Position numbers and translations under genes: made by a program. From NCBI GenBank assembly GCA_043228905.1, contig JBHGNT010000020.1, forward strand, positions 2,232,001 through 2,296,000: 64,000 nucleotides of DNA. The letters are read 5' to 3'. Shown piece after piece: positions 1-13,679 of the stretch (position 1 is the first letter of the stretch; the number at the start of each line of letters is the position of its first letter). The notes below the pieces were generated by a model, which was not told the origin of the DNA, made no database searches, and was given only the letters and a program-made list of their open reading frames with translations. The stretch is from Azolla caroliniana (taxonomy: Eukaryota; Plantae; Polypodiophyta).

Positions 1-872
1 AAACCCTTCGAGCATAGGTTTTCCAACACCATACTTTGGGCATACCATTGAGGTGCCTTTCAAGTACTTGAGTATCCACTTCACGACTGCCCAGTGTTCT
101 CTACTTAGATTACTCATGTATCGGCTTATTGTTCCTACAACAAATGTTATGTCTATCCTTGTACAAACCATTGCACACATTAAACTGCCCACAACCGAGG
201 CATATGGTACTTTCCTCATCTCAGCCTTTTCTTCCTCCCCTCTCGGGCATTGCTTAACATTCAGCTTGTAGTTTGTCGGCAACACAGATCCGACTGTTGT
301 ACAAACCATTGCACACATTAAACTGCCCACAACCGAGGCATATGATACTTTCCTCATCTTAGCCTTTTCTTCCTCCCCTCTCGGGCATTGCTTAGCATTC
401 AACTTGTAGTTTGTCGGCAACACAGATCCGACTGGCTTTGCTTCCGACATGGGGAATCTTCCTAAGATCTTTGACACATATTTCTCTTGTGTCAACCACA
501 ACACTTTCTTAGTTCTATCTCGAACTATGTGCATCCCTAAGATGTGTTTGGCTGGTCTAAGGTCTTTCATGGCAAACAACTTGCCTAATGCTTTCTTCAA
601 GCTCACGATCCTCTTTGTGTCTTGTCCGACTATCAACATGTCATCCAAATATAATAAGAGAATCAAGAGTTTGCCTTCATTGTACCTTTTGACAAAAACA
701 TAATGATCTGCCTGTGTTTTGTGGAACCCGTGTTCCAACATGAAGGATTCAAACTTCTTGTACCATTGGCGTGGAGCTTGTTTCGAACCATACAAGCTTT
801 TCTTCAGTTGACACACCAGGTTCTCTTTCTCTTTCTCCACAAAGCCTTCGGGTTGCTGCATATAGATCTCTT
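1..872 (-). mobile_element. Ty1/copia element A, RT region (continues left of the window)
   Basis: Minus strand reads EIYMQQPEGF...LKKSLYG...LYLDDML...WILKYLKGT. It joins HGEVDEE at 5721 once the nested element 873-5715 is removed. Confidence 0.92.
159..434. repeat. 138-bp direct tandem duplication inside copia A RT
   Basis: 159-296 is repeated at 297-434 (ttgtacaaacca...gatccgactg) with a few substitutions. 138 bp equals 46 codons. Confidence 0.93.
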
Positions 873-3800
873 TGAAGCATAAGTATATGCGGAAACATAT
901 GAGGATCTATCTTAGTTCGTACTCAGAAAACAACACAGAAAGAGAAGCAAAGATATTACATTGTCTCCCCTGTAAACCTAGATTACAACAATAATCTAAA
1001 TTTATGTTCCAAGTCGGTCGGCATATAGTCGAGTCGGCATAGGTGAGGTCCGTGTCGAGTCTAGCATGGCTCATTATCATGATTGATTCGGCCGACTCTT
1101 ACCTTTTGCTCTTCGTTCGGCTTTCTTCTGCTCGGTCACTTGTCGTAGTCCCATCTTTGTCCTTGGTGCTCCAAAGCGTTGATCTGGGAGTGGCTTTGTT
1201 AGGCAATCGGCGATGTTCACCTCAGTGTCAATCTTCTGGACCTCGAGCTTCTTCTCAGTTGTGAGCTCTCGGATGTGATGATACTGCATCTCAATGTGCT
1301 TTGTCTTTGCGTGATAGACAAGATTGTTGATGAGGTGTATTGCGCTCTGTGAGTCGCAATAGATGGTTGGCGCAGGTCGATCGGTTTGGCTTATAGCTGA
1401 GAAGTCAGCAGACAGTCGATGCAGCCAAATCGCTTCCTTCGCTGCCTCCGATGCTGCTATGTACTCGGCTTCTGTGGTTGACAGAGCCGTGCACTCTTGA
1501 AGTTTTGACCTCCATGATATCGTACCGCCACCATAGGTGAAGATGTAACCTCATGTCGATTTCTTGCCGTATCATGACACATGACACATGTTGGAAAAAC
1601 TCTATTGGTCTTCGAGCTTGTCCAGATCTCCTAGGTGCCGAGATAAGTGGTTTGGATTTGTCGATCGACTTGGTTGGGCGATCGGTATTTGTTGAACCAT
1701 TTGTGTTAGGAGTGTTGTTAGGTGACCAATGCGTATCTTGCCATATCATGACACATGATACTTCCTATAGCTGATATGTAGGGCATCTTTCCATTAAGGT
1801 CTCTCTCCTTGTCCGTTGCAGGAGAGTCTTTGTCTGATTAACGTCGGAAGCGGTTTTGGTGCTGGCTTCGCATTCTCCATATTGAATCACTTTAGCACCT
1901 TCCGGATATAGTCGGACTGGGAGAGTCAGAGAGTCTTGGTCGTCTGATTTCGCTCGATCCTCATGCCTAGTATGTGATGGGCTTGTCCGAGTTCCTTCAT
2001 CGTGAACTTGTCGTGAAGGCGTCGCTTCAGCTTTCCGATCTCTACTTGATTGCTTCTTGCAATCAACATGTTGTCGATGTATAGGATTAGATAAATCCTG
2101 GACTCGTCGGCCAGTTGCCGAGTGTACATACATGGGTCGGAGTTAGATCGGCGGTATCCAAGCTACCTCATGTAGAAGTAAAACGTCTGGTACCACATCC
2201 TCGACGCTTGTTTCAAGCCATATAGACTTTTCTTTAACCGACATACAAGGTGACTGTCCTCCCCCGTCGCCGTGAAGCCTGCCAATTGAAACATATAGAT
2301 CTCTTCTTCCAGATCTCCATGTAGGAATGCCGTCTTTACGTCCATATGCCCGAGCTCTAAATCTTTTATCGCTACAACACCTAGTAGGAGTTGGAGGGTG
2401 GTCATCTTGACTACTGATGAGAATATCTCGTCGTAGCCGACCCCGTATTCTTGTTTGAATCCCTTCGCCGAGCTTTGTACTTGGGTTTTTCTGAGTCAGA
2501 TACATATTTGTATCGGAAAACCCATTTGTAGGGTAGCGGCTTCTTTCCAGTTGGTAGTTCAACCAGCTCCCATGTCTTATTCTTGTGAATCGAGTCCATT
2601 TCAGATTTCTTGGCGTTCGTTGCGGCTATAGCTTCTTCATAAGTGCTTGGTTCGCCTGCATTGGTGTAATTGACGTAGTCGAGGTCCGGTTGAAAAAACT
2701 CTGTTAGCCTTCGAGCTTGTCCAGATCTCTTGGGTGCCGAGATAAGTGGTTCGGATTCGTCGATCAACTCAGTTGGGCGATTGGTATTTGTTGAACCATT
2801 TGTGTCAGGAGTGTTGTTTGAACCATTTCTTGTTAGGTATTTGGGACTTCAGCGGTGTCGTACCGTTCTCCCCTGTGAGCTTTGTTGACTCGGTTCTATC
2901 TTGGACTTGCATCTTATTCACTATGCCTTTTTCGACTCTTGTCGATTCGGTTGTGTCTTTGATGACTTTGTCTTTGAGTGCGACAATTGGACTTGTTGTC
3001 GATTCGTAGTCGACACATATATTGTCGCCTTGTTCGAGTTCGACTGTTTGTCGAATATCTGATTCGGCTTGGTGTGTTGGTTCTTCTATGACAACTCTGT
3101 CGTCTTCGAAGGATACCTTCTTACCAACTGTTCTCTGCTAGTTCCGCTGAGAGAAGATAGAGTCTTCATTGAAGACTACATCACTGCTCTAGATCAGTTT
3201 CCGGTTCTCAGGGTCCCATAGCCTGTAGCCGAATTCCCCATCGATTCCATAACCGAGAAATATGCATTTCGTTGCATGGGGTGCCAATTTTGTCCTTTTA
3301 TCCCTTGGGATGAACGCGTAGGCTTTGCATCCGAATATACAGAGCCTATCGTAGGTCGACTGTTTGCCTGACCATAGTGCATGTGGCACTTCGAGCCTAA
3401 TTTCTCTTGACGGTGCCATATTTATTAGGTATACTGTCTTCTAGAATGCTTTTGCCCAGAATTCCAGCTTCAATCCGACTTGCTGGAGCATTCCCATCAC
3501 CCTCTCCTAGATCGTTCTATTGATCCGTTTTGCCACTCCATTTTGCATGGGTGTGTAGGGAATGGTCTTTTGATGTCAGATCCCTTTGTTGGACAAGTAC
3601 TGTTTGAAGGCTTTGGAGGTGTACTCACCTCCATTGTCGGATTTGAGTGTCTTCACTCTGTGTCCTGGCCAGTTCTCCACTTCAGATGTCCACCGAGTGA
3701 AGACCTCGAGTGCTTCGTCTTTGGACCTGATCGAGTAGGCCCAGACCTTCTGTGTATAGTCATCTACAAAGGTGATGAAGTACCGAGAGCCTCCTAGTGA

Positions 3801-5715
3801 TCGCTTTGGCATGGGCCCACATATATTTGTGTGCACGAGCTCTAGGGGCTTTCGTACCATCTCGTAGTGGAGAGTGTGCAGATTTCGGGTATGTTTCCCG
3901 TATCGACAATGCTCGCAGAAGTCCGTCTTCGCTTGGAGTTTTGGGATGTAGCCTACCGCCATCAACCGATCAAGTCCGGCTTAAGACATGTGACCGAGTT
4001 GACCATGCCATAAGTTTGGGTCGGTCTTTTCGGCTACATTCACAACCCCTTCTGGATTGATCGGCATTAATGGGTACAAGTTGTTGTACTTGTGCCCACT
4101 CCCAATTTGAGGTTTCCTCGGTTGATAATCCATGTTGACTCACTAAGATTCATTCGATACCCGTCTTCGGCTAGCATGTCGATGGAGACTAGACTCCTTT
4201 TCAGATGGGGTACGTGCCGAACTCAGTGCAGGGTTATTGTGTTGCCATTGGGCAATCAGATGGGAACCTCTCCGGTCCTTGCTATTCTGCACTCCTGCCC
4301 ATTTCCTAGGTGGACTGTGCCACTAGCGTCGACTGAATACTTTGAAAACCATTTGATGTTGGGGGTCACATGGAATGTGGCACCAGAATCCAGTAACCAC
4401 GTGTGTGCATCTTGTGCACAATATAGGACTTCTTCAATCATTGAGTCCTCTAAGGAGAGAACTTCTCCTGATTGGGAGTCGGCAACGTTGATTTGGTTGC
4501 CGACTGGAGAGTGGTCCGAGTCGGGTCGTTCTCGATTCCGCTCGGATTGCCGACCACTCTCTTTCCTCTTGATTGACCAGCAGTCAGAAACGTTGTGGCT
4601 AGCTTTTTTGCAGTGTGTGCAGAATTCGCTTGATCGGCCCGTTCTCGACTTTGACTACTATCGATCTCCTCTCGTTTTTGATTGGTTGGTATTCCGACCA
4701 GTTCTGTCGGCTTATTCTCTTGTTCAACTCGGTCGGTCGAACGACTCAGTCAAGTGATTCATCGATGGTAAGTCCCATTGATTTTCGCCGAATGTCCTCG
4801 GTGAGGACTTGGCCGATTGCTCATCCAGATTTAGGATCGGTCGACTATTAGTGTATGTCATGCAGAATACCTCTCAACTCGCCAACAAGCTCGATAGGAG
4901 GGCAAGGGCTTTCACTTCTTCTTCGAAGTTGATTCCTTGTGAGGAGAGTTCTCACAACACTTGATTGAAGGTGTTGATGTGGGAGGTAACCAGATCGGTC
5001 TCTCTCATCTTCATGTTGAACAATTATTTGATCAAAATCAGTTTTGAAGATGAGGACTTTTTCTCGTACATGGCTTGTAGTTTCTCCCATAGTGAGAACG
5101 ATGTCGTCTGTTTTGCCATGCTAAAGTAGACGTTTCTGGCTAGGTGCATTTGAATGGTGGAGCGTGAGATTTGGTCCATTGATCTCCACTCATCGGCTGA
5201 CATTGAAGCAGGCTTTTCGGAGTGTCGAATGGCCTCGACTTGTCCTCGAATAATCAGTACGTCTTGCATCATCTCCTTCCATAGGGCAAAGTTTTTGCCG
5301 TCGAATTTTCAGGTCTCAACTCCTGTACCGGATGTTGATGCCATGATTCTTTCGGAAGTGAGATCTACTAACCTGGTCTTTTCTTTCAGCCTTTTTTGTT
5401 GTCTGTTGCCGCTAAGCAACAGATCGCTTTGATACCAGTTGAAGCGTAAGTATATGTGGAAACGTATGAGGATCTGTCCCAGTTCGTACTCAGAAAACAA
5501 CACAGAAAGAGAAGCAAAGATATACACAGATTGAAGCTTTAATGGAAGCTCTATTACGTTCTCTATCTCTCTCTCTCAGAGACTCGATATATGGTATATG
5601 ATCAAGAAGATTATTCTTTACAACGTTAGGTTATTGTTTATATACTAAGCCCTAACTATGTGGACGAGTTCACACAAGGATACAAAGTGGAAGGAGTCGG
5701 CCTTTTATGCCAACA
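873..5715 (-). mobile_element. Ty1/copia element A2 nested in A; decayed gag-pol
   Basis: TSD CTCTT at 868-872 and 5716-5720. 5' LTR 5440-5715 and shortened 3' LTR 873-960. Met-type PBS at 5426-5437. Gag, protease (LLDSGATFH), integrase (LKSDNGGEY), RT (MDVKTAFLHG) and RNase H (NIADCLTK) fragments are present. Confidence 0.92.
5440..5715 (-). repeat. 5' LTR of A2
   Basis: TG..CA termini. The first ~85 bp match 873-960. It abuts the PBS (minus strand TGGTATCAAAGC). Confidence 0.88.
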
Positions 5716-8700
5716 CTCTTCGTCCACCTCCCCATGCAAGAATGTTTTCTTGACATCCAATTGGTCGATCTCTAGGTCCATATTGGCAGCTATGCTCAGA
5801 ACAATTATGATTGATGTCATCTTTACGACTGGAGCGAATATCTCGTCAAAGTCGACACCCTTTTTCTGTTGAAACCCCTTCACCACAATACGGGCTTTAT
5901 ATTTGGGTGTGTTGTTGGCTTCTCCATTCTTCACCTTGTAGACCCATTTATTTCTGAGTGCTCTTTGACCTTTCGATAACTCTACCAGGTCATAGGTGTA
6001 GTTCTCATGCAAGGAGTCCATCTCGTCTTGTATTGCACTTTGCCATTTCTCCTTGTGCTTGTTGGCAATGGCTTCATCGTAGCACTCAGGCTCACCTTCA
6101 TCAGTCAAGAGGATGTATTGACTGGCATATGTTGTCAGTGCTCTCCTTTCTCCTTCCACTCGTCATCGGCTCCGATTTAGATGTCTCCATTGAGTCTTCT
6201 CTTGGCTCGGGTTCATATGTGTTTATTGGTTGTTGAGGGTTAACTAACTTTGAATCGTATTCCTCGATTGACTTCGACAGGTCTGCTGACTCCGACTCAT
6301 ATGTATTGGTCGGTTGCTCCGAGTCGACCAACTTGAATTCGGATGTGCCGACTGGTTGTTTCTAAACAGTTGACTGTGTCGGTTCGACTAGTCTTAAGTC
6401 AGAGGGAGTCAATTGGGAAGTCGTTTCTGACTTCTGTTGCTTATAGTCCTCTATTGTCTTGTCTTCCACGAAGACTACGTCCCGACTTCTCACTACCTTC
6501 TTGTCGACTAAATCCCATAGCTTGTAGCTGAACTCGTCCTCTGAGTATCCCATGAATATGCATGCTTTTGACTTACTGTCGAGCTTTGACCTCTGATCCT
6601 TAGTCACATGCATATACACTAAGCATTCGAACACCCTTAGGTGTCGGTAGGAGACACCCTTTGTGGGACATCACCTTTCAATGACACTGAGGGAGATCTG
6701 TTGATAAGATAAACAGTTGTGTACATCGCCTTAGCCTAATATGATTTTGGCAGCTTAACATGCGACAACATGCTTCTCACTCTCTCCATTATCGTCCGAT
6801 TCATCCTCTCTGCAAGCCCGTTCAACTTAGGGGTCTTTGGTACTGTGTATTCGATTCGAATACCTTGGATCTTGCAGTATTCTTTGAACTACCCTCTATA
6901 TTCGCCACCATTGTCGATTCAGATAACCTTCAACTTCTGACCTGACTCTCTTTCGACCCTTGCCTATAACTCCTTAAAGAATGACAGTACTTGACTTTAG
7001 TACGAAAACCCACAACTTTCGAATGTAGTCTTCAATGAACGTTACGAAGTATTGTCCACCTCGATGCGATGGAGCATCTACATAGCACACATCCGTGTGT
7101 ACCAGTTCTAGTGGCACTTCTTTTCTTCTCGGTGGAATTGAGTGGGCAACTCTATTCTGCTTTCTGACTAAGCAATCGACACACTTCTGCAAATGTACTC
7201 CTTGCACTTCTGGGAGAAGTTCTTGGTCAACCAGTATGTGCATTCCTTTCTCACTCATGTGGCCTAGCCTCCTATGCCAGAACTCTCCACTGGAGTTGAT
7301 TGCCACATTTGCTTCTGACTTGCACAATCGGGCATGCATCATATACAATGTGCCCTCTTTTTGTTCTTGGGCCACTATAAGGTTTCCTTGACAAAACTTC
7401 CACTTGCCATTTCGGAAACTACCATTGTAGCCTTCTTCATCCAACCTTCCAGTCGATATCAGATTCAATTTGATATTGGGGACATGTCGAACTTCCCTCA
7501 GAGTCAGTCGACAACCTATCGGCGTCATCAGGCTTACACATTCAATGCTGACTATCTTGCACTCTTCGTTGTCTCCCATATTTACATAGCCATGATCCCA
7601 GGCTATGTAAGTCGAGAAGCATTCTCTCGAGGGAGTTATATGGAATGATGTACTAGAGTCGATCACCCATGTGCACTCTTCACTTGCAAGATTTGTGCTT
7701 GCCTACTCACAAATGAACATGATCTCCTTTGCACTTGTAGCTAGAGCTGATGTGCCATTTTCATAAGGAATCTTCCTAGGTTCGACATCATTAGCAATGG
7801 GACTGGTTTTGACTCAAACCGAACCGAACCGAAAAACCTTGGCTTAACGGTTTATAGGTTCAAAGATAAATAAATGGTTTGGTTTGGTTTGGTTTTGAAT
7901 TGACCGATTTAGCGGTTTATCAGCTTATCGGTTTCTGTTTATGTGGTTCGGTTTAAAGGTTTAAAGGTTTATAGGTTAAAAAATACTCATAAATATTCTC
8001 TATAGGCTCTAACTTTCAACTTTTAATTTAAAACTCTTATTTTAACTTATTAATTTTTATATGTATTATAACATTTATGATGATCAAATTTATGATTAGT
8101 ATGATGACCAAATTTATGATAAGTATGATGACAAATTTTATTGTAAGTATGATGAGTATGATGACAAAATTTATGATAATTTTCTCACACAAATTTATAA
8201 TAAGTATGATGATTAATATCAATAAAAAATGGTTTGGTTTGGTTTTAAATTTTTCGTAAACGGTTTGGTTTCTCCTATTCTTTAAACGGTTTGGTTTAAC
8301 GGTTCGGCTCTAAACGGTTCGGTTTAAATGGCTTCATAAATTTCAAAATAGTTTGGTTCGGTTTTTATTATTAATAAATGGTTTGGTTTGGTTTCAAGGC
8401 CAAGAAACCGAATTGATTCGAAACCGAACCAGGCCCATTGCTAGACATCATTACAAACACCCTTGTCTGTTTTGAGGTGTCGACAGTCCTTTTGGAAGTG
8501 TCCAGGTTTTCCACAGTAAAAGCATGTTAGCTTACCTCTGGACTTAGATGTGGCTTGAGACTTTTCCCTTCTTTGCGGACTTCTTTGCATGTTCCTTTCT
8601 CTGTCGGTATGTTGAGTCAGGTTTGACTCCGATTGGGACAAGACACCCTTGTCCTTCCTTCTTGTCTCCTCGTTCAAGATTATTGTCTTTACCACTTGTA

Positions 8701-9127
8701 GGGACAAATTCTCTTCTTGACACGAGGTGCTGAGAGTTACCACCAAGTTCTTCCAGTTGTTCGACAGGGTACACAGTAGCAGTATGGCCTACATTGCATC
8801 CTCAAGGGGAAACTTGGTTGCCGCAAGTTGGTTCACATACCCCATGAATGTGCTTACATGCTCCATTATGTTTTCTTCATCCCTGTATTTCAACCTCACA
8901 ATCTTTCTCATCAAAGATGTTTTGTTGAGGGCATTCTTCCTCTCATATAGACCTAACAACTTCTGCCACATCTTGTAGGAATTTGTGCCGTTCACCGCAT
9001 GCTGAAGGACACTTGCATTGACGCACTATCTGATGGTGGCCACCACCTTTCTGTTTAGAAGTTTCCATTTAGACTCTAATACCCTTGTGGGCATTTCTAC
9101 TCGATCGATGGGCTCATACATGTCTTT
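5716..9127 (-). mobile_element. Ty1/copia element A gag/PR/INT/RT (interrupted by MITE 7792-8443; 5' end cut by gypsy B)
   Basis: ORF fragments: UBN2-type gag (8789-8995), CFYCGKPGHFQKDC knuckle (8441-8746), IDSSTSFH protease plus GAG-pre-integrase and integrase (6974-7666), RT start (5656-6159). Confidence 0.92.
7792..8443. mobile_element. Non-autonomous hAT-type DNA transposon (MITE 1)
   Basis: TIR TAGCAATGGG(A/C)CTGGTT at both ends. 8-bp TSD GACATCAT at 7784-7791 and 8444-8451. Subterminal AACCG/CGGTT arrays surround an AT-rich core. Confidence 0.88.
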
Positions 9128-10467
9128 AACGTTTACTCTAGGTTGGACTTAGCCTCAAACACAGGGTGTCCGTTCTGGAACACTTCACAAAAAGGGGTGG
9201 TTAAGGGATGGATGCTATCCGGTTATCCGATTCCGATCTGACTAACTCTGGTTACTTCTGGATTGTTAAGACAAAGTAGATTAGTTATAACACACGTAAG
9301 ATTAACAATTGAAGCGCAGAACGGCAAGTACGCAGACACACAATAGAATTAAAACAAAACACTAATTTCATATTACTTCCGTTAAACCAATTACATCGAT
9401 TTCGGACCCTTTCATAGGTCTCCGGTAGGAAACACAAAACGGTGCCTTACCGGCTACCGACACTATTAATCGGTGTGGATTTGGATTGGTACAACTATCC
9501 AGATCTTACCGTTCCTATAATATTTCCTCACTAATAATTATGCTTCTAATTATAATATTATTCTCCGACTTGTCCTTGTACACATTAACCATCCGGATCA
9601 TACTCTAGGCCCACACATGGCACACCCGTGGGACAATACATTGCACATCGAACCAAGGTTGTTAGGTACGTTAGATACGGTACGGATACCATACGTATAT
9701 AACGTATTAATACGTGTATAGTACCTCCCAATTTAAAAATACGTTAAATATGTTTTTAATATGTTAAATACTTATAAAATACGTATTTTACGTATAATAC
9801 GTTAAATACTTCTATCATTTGAAAATTATTTACCTTTCTAAAAAATATTTGTAACATTGTAAAAAACATCTATGTTTACACAATTTTGTGATGTATATTA
9901 TATTTCTACATCCTAAAATGCATATAAGCCATTTGAACATTTCACATCCTAAAATACTTATACTATGGATGTCAACATTGAACACTTATTCTATAAATTA
10001 GTGTAAGTGTGTATCACGATGTTCTATTTCAAATTGTAATGATTTACGATTATGCTTTTATAATTGAGGAATCGTCTATGATTATCACACTCAGGATAAG
10101 TTTCTGTCTTCTTCATCAAGCCAGTCAGAGTCAAGAGTCAAGACAGGTTTCTGTTTTCTTTTCTCTCTTTTTCTTCTTTTTCTTCGTTGTCATCTCTTCT
10201 GTTCTTCTGTTCTTCCTTCTTTTCGCTTCTTTTCACTAAATTCTTTTTTTCTTTTCCTTTCTGTTGGGGTTTTACTTACATTTTTTTATAAATACGTATT
10301 ATACCTGTTTTTTCAAATGTACTTTAAATACTGTATTGGACAAATGTACATGATATTTGACCGAACAACATTGAGGTATAGTACATACTATACAAATTAT
10401 GAGGTACTATACGTATTTAAACGTTAAATACGGGTACGTAAACAACCATGCATCGAACCCATGGTCA
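9126..10467 (-). repeat. Probable 3' LTR of gypsy B (interrupted by MITE 2)
   Basis: Non-coding block between copia A gag and a PPT-like tract (minus strand TTGAGGGGGT) next to ...TCA at 10467. No partner LTR is in the window and the left end is approximate. Confidence 0.6.
9654..10450. mobile_element. Non-autonomous hAT-type DNA transposon (MITE 2)
   Basis: TIR CA(A/T)GGTTGTT. 8-bp TSD CATCGAAC at 9646-9653 and 10451-10458. Subterminal TACGT/ATACG repeats. Confidence 0.86.
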
Positions 10468-10469
10468 AC

Positions 10470-13400
10470 CCCCTCAATCATCGTCGGGTATGTTCAGGAT
10501 ACTTTGATCCAAAGGCTCAAATGGTTCTTCCATCCGCTGTTGTTGCTCCTCCGACTGTTGTTGTTGTTGCTCTGCTCTGGCTCCTTTCGACTAGTCTGTT
10601 CTGGCTCCTTCCAACTGTTGATTTGGTTGCAACTCAGGCTGTGGCTATGGCTCCTCATCATTAATGTTAATGGCCTCCGCTCACCTTTCCGCTTATTTCC
10701 GCTGACGCACCCGCTCATATCTCTCGAATTGCAGTTGCGTGTCGAGTTGATCATCTTCAAGCCTTTTGATGAGCTTCCGGATAGCCTTGATTTGTGTTTC
10801 GGCCAAGGCATAAAAGTCGTCCGACAATTAGTTCTGGATGGTAACAATGCTTTCTTCATTCATTTTGTTAAAATGACCTGAATTAATTGGTGTGGTTTAT
10901 GGAAAGCCACGTCTCTCATCTGCATGATCTACACAAAGCATGATGACTAATTGCAAAGTCATCACTCTTGGTGAATATATGAAGGCCACGTGTATCATTA
11001 CTATAAAAAGTTGGTGAAGTGAAGGCTATAAAAAGGCAGCCTTAGTCGTTTGAAGGGGCATCTAAAATAGAAGACCACCAAGAGTTGTAGGCTTGTGAGA
11101 TGTGAGAGAATTAGAAAGTTTGGGAAACACTAGTAGGAGAAAATTCTTGTGAGAGAATTGTGAGGTTATTCTCTTGGGTGTTGGGTTTAATTAGAGAATA
11201 TTTTCTCTAATTGTTGTAAACTCTCTGTTATATTTTCTTAAAGTGGAATCTCTCTCTTGTCCGTGGATGTAGGCTAATTTGGCCGAACCACATAAATACT
11301 TGTGTCATTTATTTCTCCGCTCCTATATTATCATATTATTGTCATCTATTTAAATTGATGTACTATTTGATCCGAGTGCCATCCTAACACATTTTGTAAA
11401 AATGATCGCTGACCTTCTTTTAGTTCTTTGCATCCGCTCGGAGTATCTGGAGTTCTGTCGCTTGTCGTATCCATTGATTCCACACCGTCCCCGAACAATC
11501 GTCTATCTTTGTCTTTGTTCGGTCCCTCCAAGACGCGACGATCATCCGGATTCTATCGATGCCCAGTTTTGTTTTGTCATTCATGGCCTCTTTTTTATTC
11601 GTACGCTGTTTGATGAGGTCGGTAGCAGCGGTTGTTTGCACCTCATATTCCATCAATTTGGTTTGGTAGGTTGTTTGCACCCTATCCAAAACCACCTTTG
11701 AACGTTCCAACTCCTGGTAATGCTGCGATGTGAGCTCCATTCTTTCTTTCGCCTCTTCCTCCATCACCTTCGTCATCATTTCAACCATCATCTTCCCTTG
11801 ATCCATTAGTGCCTCTGTTTTTTCCTTCAACTCTGTTCGGGCCTCCTTTAGCTTTTCTTGCTGTTGGTCATAATCAGACTCCAGCTTCTTATGTTCCGCC
11901 TCCGGCTACTTATGGTTTTGGTACAACGTCTCGAAGTCCTCCCTTTTTCGTTTTAGGCGCTGGTTGACTTGTGACCGCAACCAATCATCTCGATCCTTCT
12001 GCTGCCAGACTTCTTCCTTTAGCCTTTCTATTTCTGTCTCCATCATTCTCCGCAACTTATCCTTCTCTTGCAGCAAGTTCTCTCTTTCCTCCTTCAACTG
12101 GTCGTTGTTTGCTTGACTCTTCTGGAGACTTTCCTCGGTTCTCCATTTCTCTTCCTCGGATGTCTTCCTGTGATCTCTATCTCTCTCTCTTTGTGCTTCT
12201 GGGCCCTATCAAAATCTTTGGTTGTTGCCAGCAATCATTTTGTCTATTTCTGCTTCAACCGTTGTTCTTCGTCCATCCGGTTAGCCACACCGAAAACCTG
12301 CTTTCAGAGCCACTCCAGCCATTGCCGGCAGGTTCCGTGTTGTGCAAGTACAACGAACGACGGTAGTGTCTTCGACATCAGTTCTTGCTCCACCCCGAGA
12401 CTCGGTGTAACTAGCTCCTCTTGTTCCGACGTTCGTTCCGGTTGGCGTTTTGCTTGCTGTTGCTGCGTTTGAAGGCTCAGTGATATCTGTCTTGTTGTTG
12501 CATTTGAAGACTCGGTGATATTTGTCTTTCTTTCTCTGGTTCTTGTTAAACCGTCTTCACCGCTTCCGGTCTTTCCACTTGCTCTTCCTCCGGTATGGGC
12601 TCCACCATCGTTGAGCGGGAAATCGGTATACTGTCCTTCTCCGGACCCGATCCTTCCCCATGTTGCTCAGTTCTGCGTTGCCTTGGCCGACACTGGAGGG
12701 TTTCTTCTTTTTCTTCTTTTTCCTTCTCTTCCACGGTTTCCTGGTGTGCCAGTTTCATCGGTTCCACCTACTCTCTTCCCTGTCGGTGTAGCTTGATCTT
12801 GATTGGCTTGGCCGTCTTCTCTGGAACTTTTTCGACCGTCTCTTATCTCCGTGTATCTTGAACACATTCTTCCTATCGAGACAATGCCAATGCTTTCCAT
12901 CGGGGGGTGTGTTTTGCTAGGAGCTGTTGCCGTTTCAATGGTTTGTTTGACATGGTCTTCGGCTAGACCCGTTTTTTCCGTTTGATGGCGCGTGTCGGTG
13001 GTAGCAGCACCATCAGGCCCTGTGCTAATCCGACCCAAGCTTTCTTTCCGTCCATCATGTCCGCAATCACCATCTGTAAGGAGTCGGCTACTATTATTGG
13101 CTAGTCGACCTATAGGCCTTCAAATATTGCAATGATGAAGCCAACCCTGCTTTTTGTCATAGCGAGTGGTCGGGGATGAACAAATCCATACTCGAGTAAT
13201 ACCCAAACCACTTCCTAGAACAGGGGATCTTTGCCTCACTGTATCCGATACGCCTTTCTTGCAAATGAGGACTCCCCAAAATAGTCTGTCAAGATTTGGG
13301 TCGAGGGATTCTCGATGGAGTACAGGCCTCCGGAAGATAATCCGATGACCGCCTGCATTGTTCCTTCGAAGAGCTCCTCGAGGTCAATAGTCATTGCTAC

Positions 13401-13679
13401 CTCCTCTGGTTCTTCGTGTGGTGGTGCCTCAGCTACCCGGATGAAACCTTCGAGGCTGTTCTTGATCAGCCAATCCCGTGTTGCATTTGAGAGCGCCATG
13501 GGTTCGGTTTGTTCTTCTTCGAGCTCGGTTCTTCGGTTGAGTGCCTGTGTTTTTTCGGAAGCCTGATCCTTCTTTCGTGAAATGAGACTCCCTCGTGTGT
13601 CCAGAAATTTTGTACCCCCATCATTCACAACCGCCTCTTCTTGATTCCCGTGCATGCACATCGTGTACCATAATAGCAT
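10470..13679 (-). pseudogene. Large accessory ORF of gypsy B downstream of pol (globular N-terminus, low-complexity linker, coiled coil, Q-rich tail); disrupted
   Basis: Collinear minus-strand ORF pieces at 13236-13679, 12546-13038, 11906-12097, 11420-11830 and 10494-10859. They are split by stops, frameshifts and a solo LTR. Confidence 0.65.
10866..11389 (+). mobile_element. Solo LTR (524 bp)
   Basis: TGTTA...TAACA ends. TSD CATTT at 10861-10865 and 11390-11394. TATA-like CTATAAAAA at ~11001 and ~11026. Confidence 0.85.

Noticed and set aside
8037-8259. Ile/Met-rich ORFs as small membrane proteins
   Set aside because: They are translations of the ATG/AT-rich MITE core.
10861-11410. Resemblance between the solo LTR start (TGTTAAAATGACC) and the host sequence after the TSD (TGTAAAAATGATC)
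   Set aside because: It is a single short AT-rich match. The normal 5-bp TSD argues for ordinary integration.
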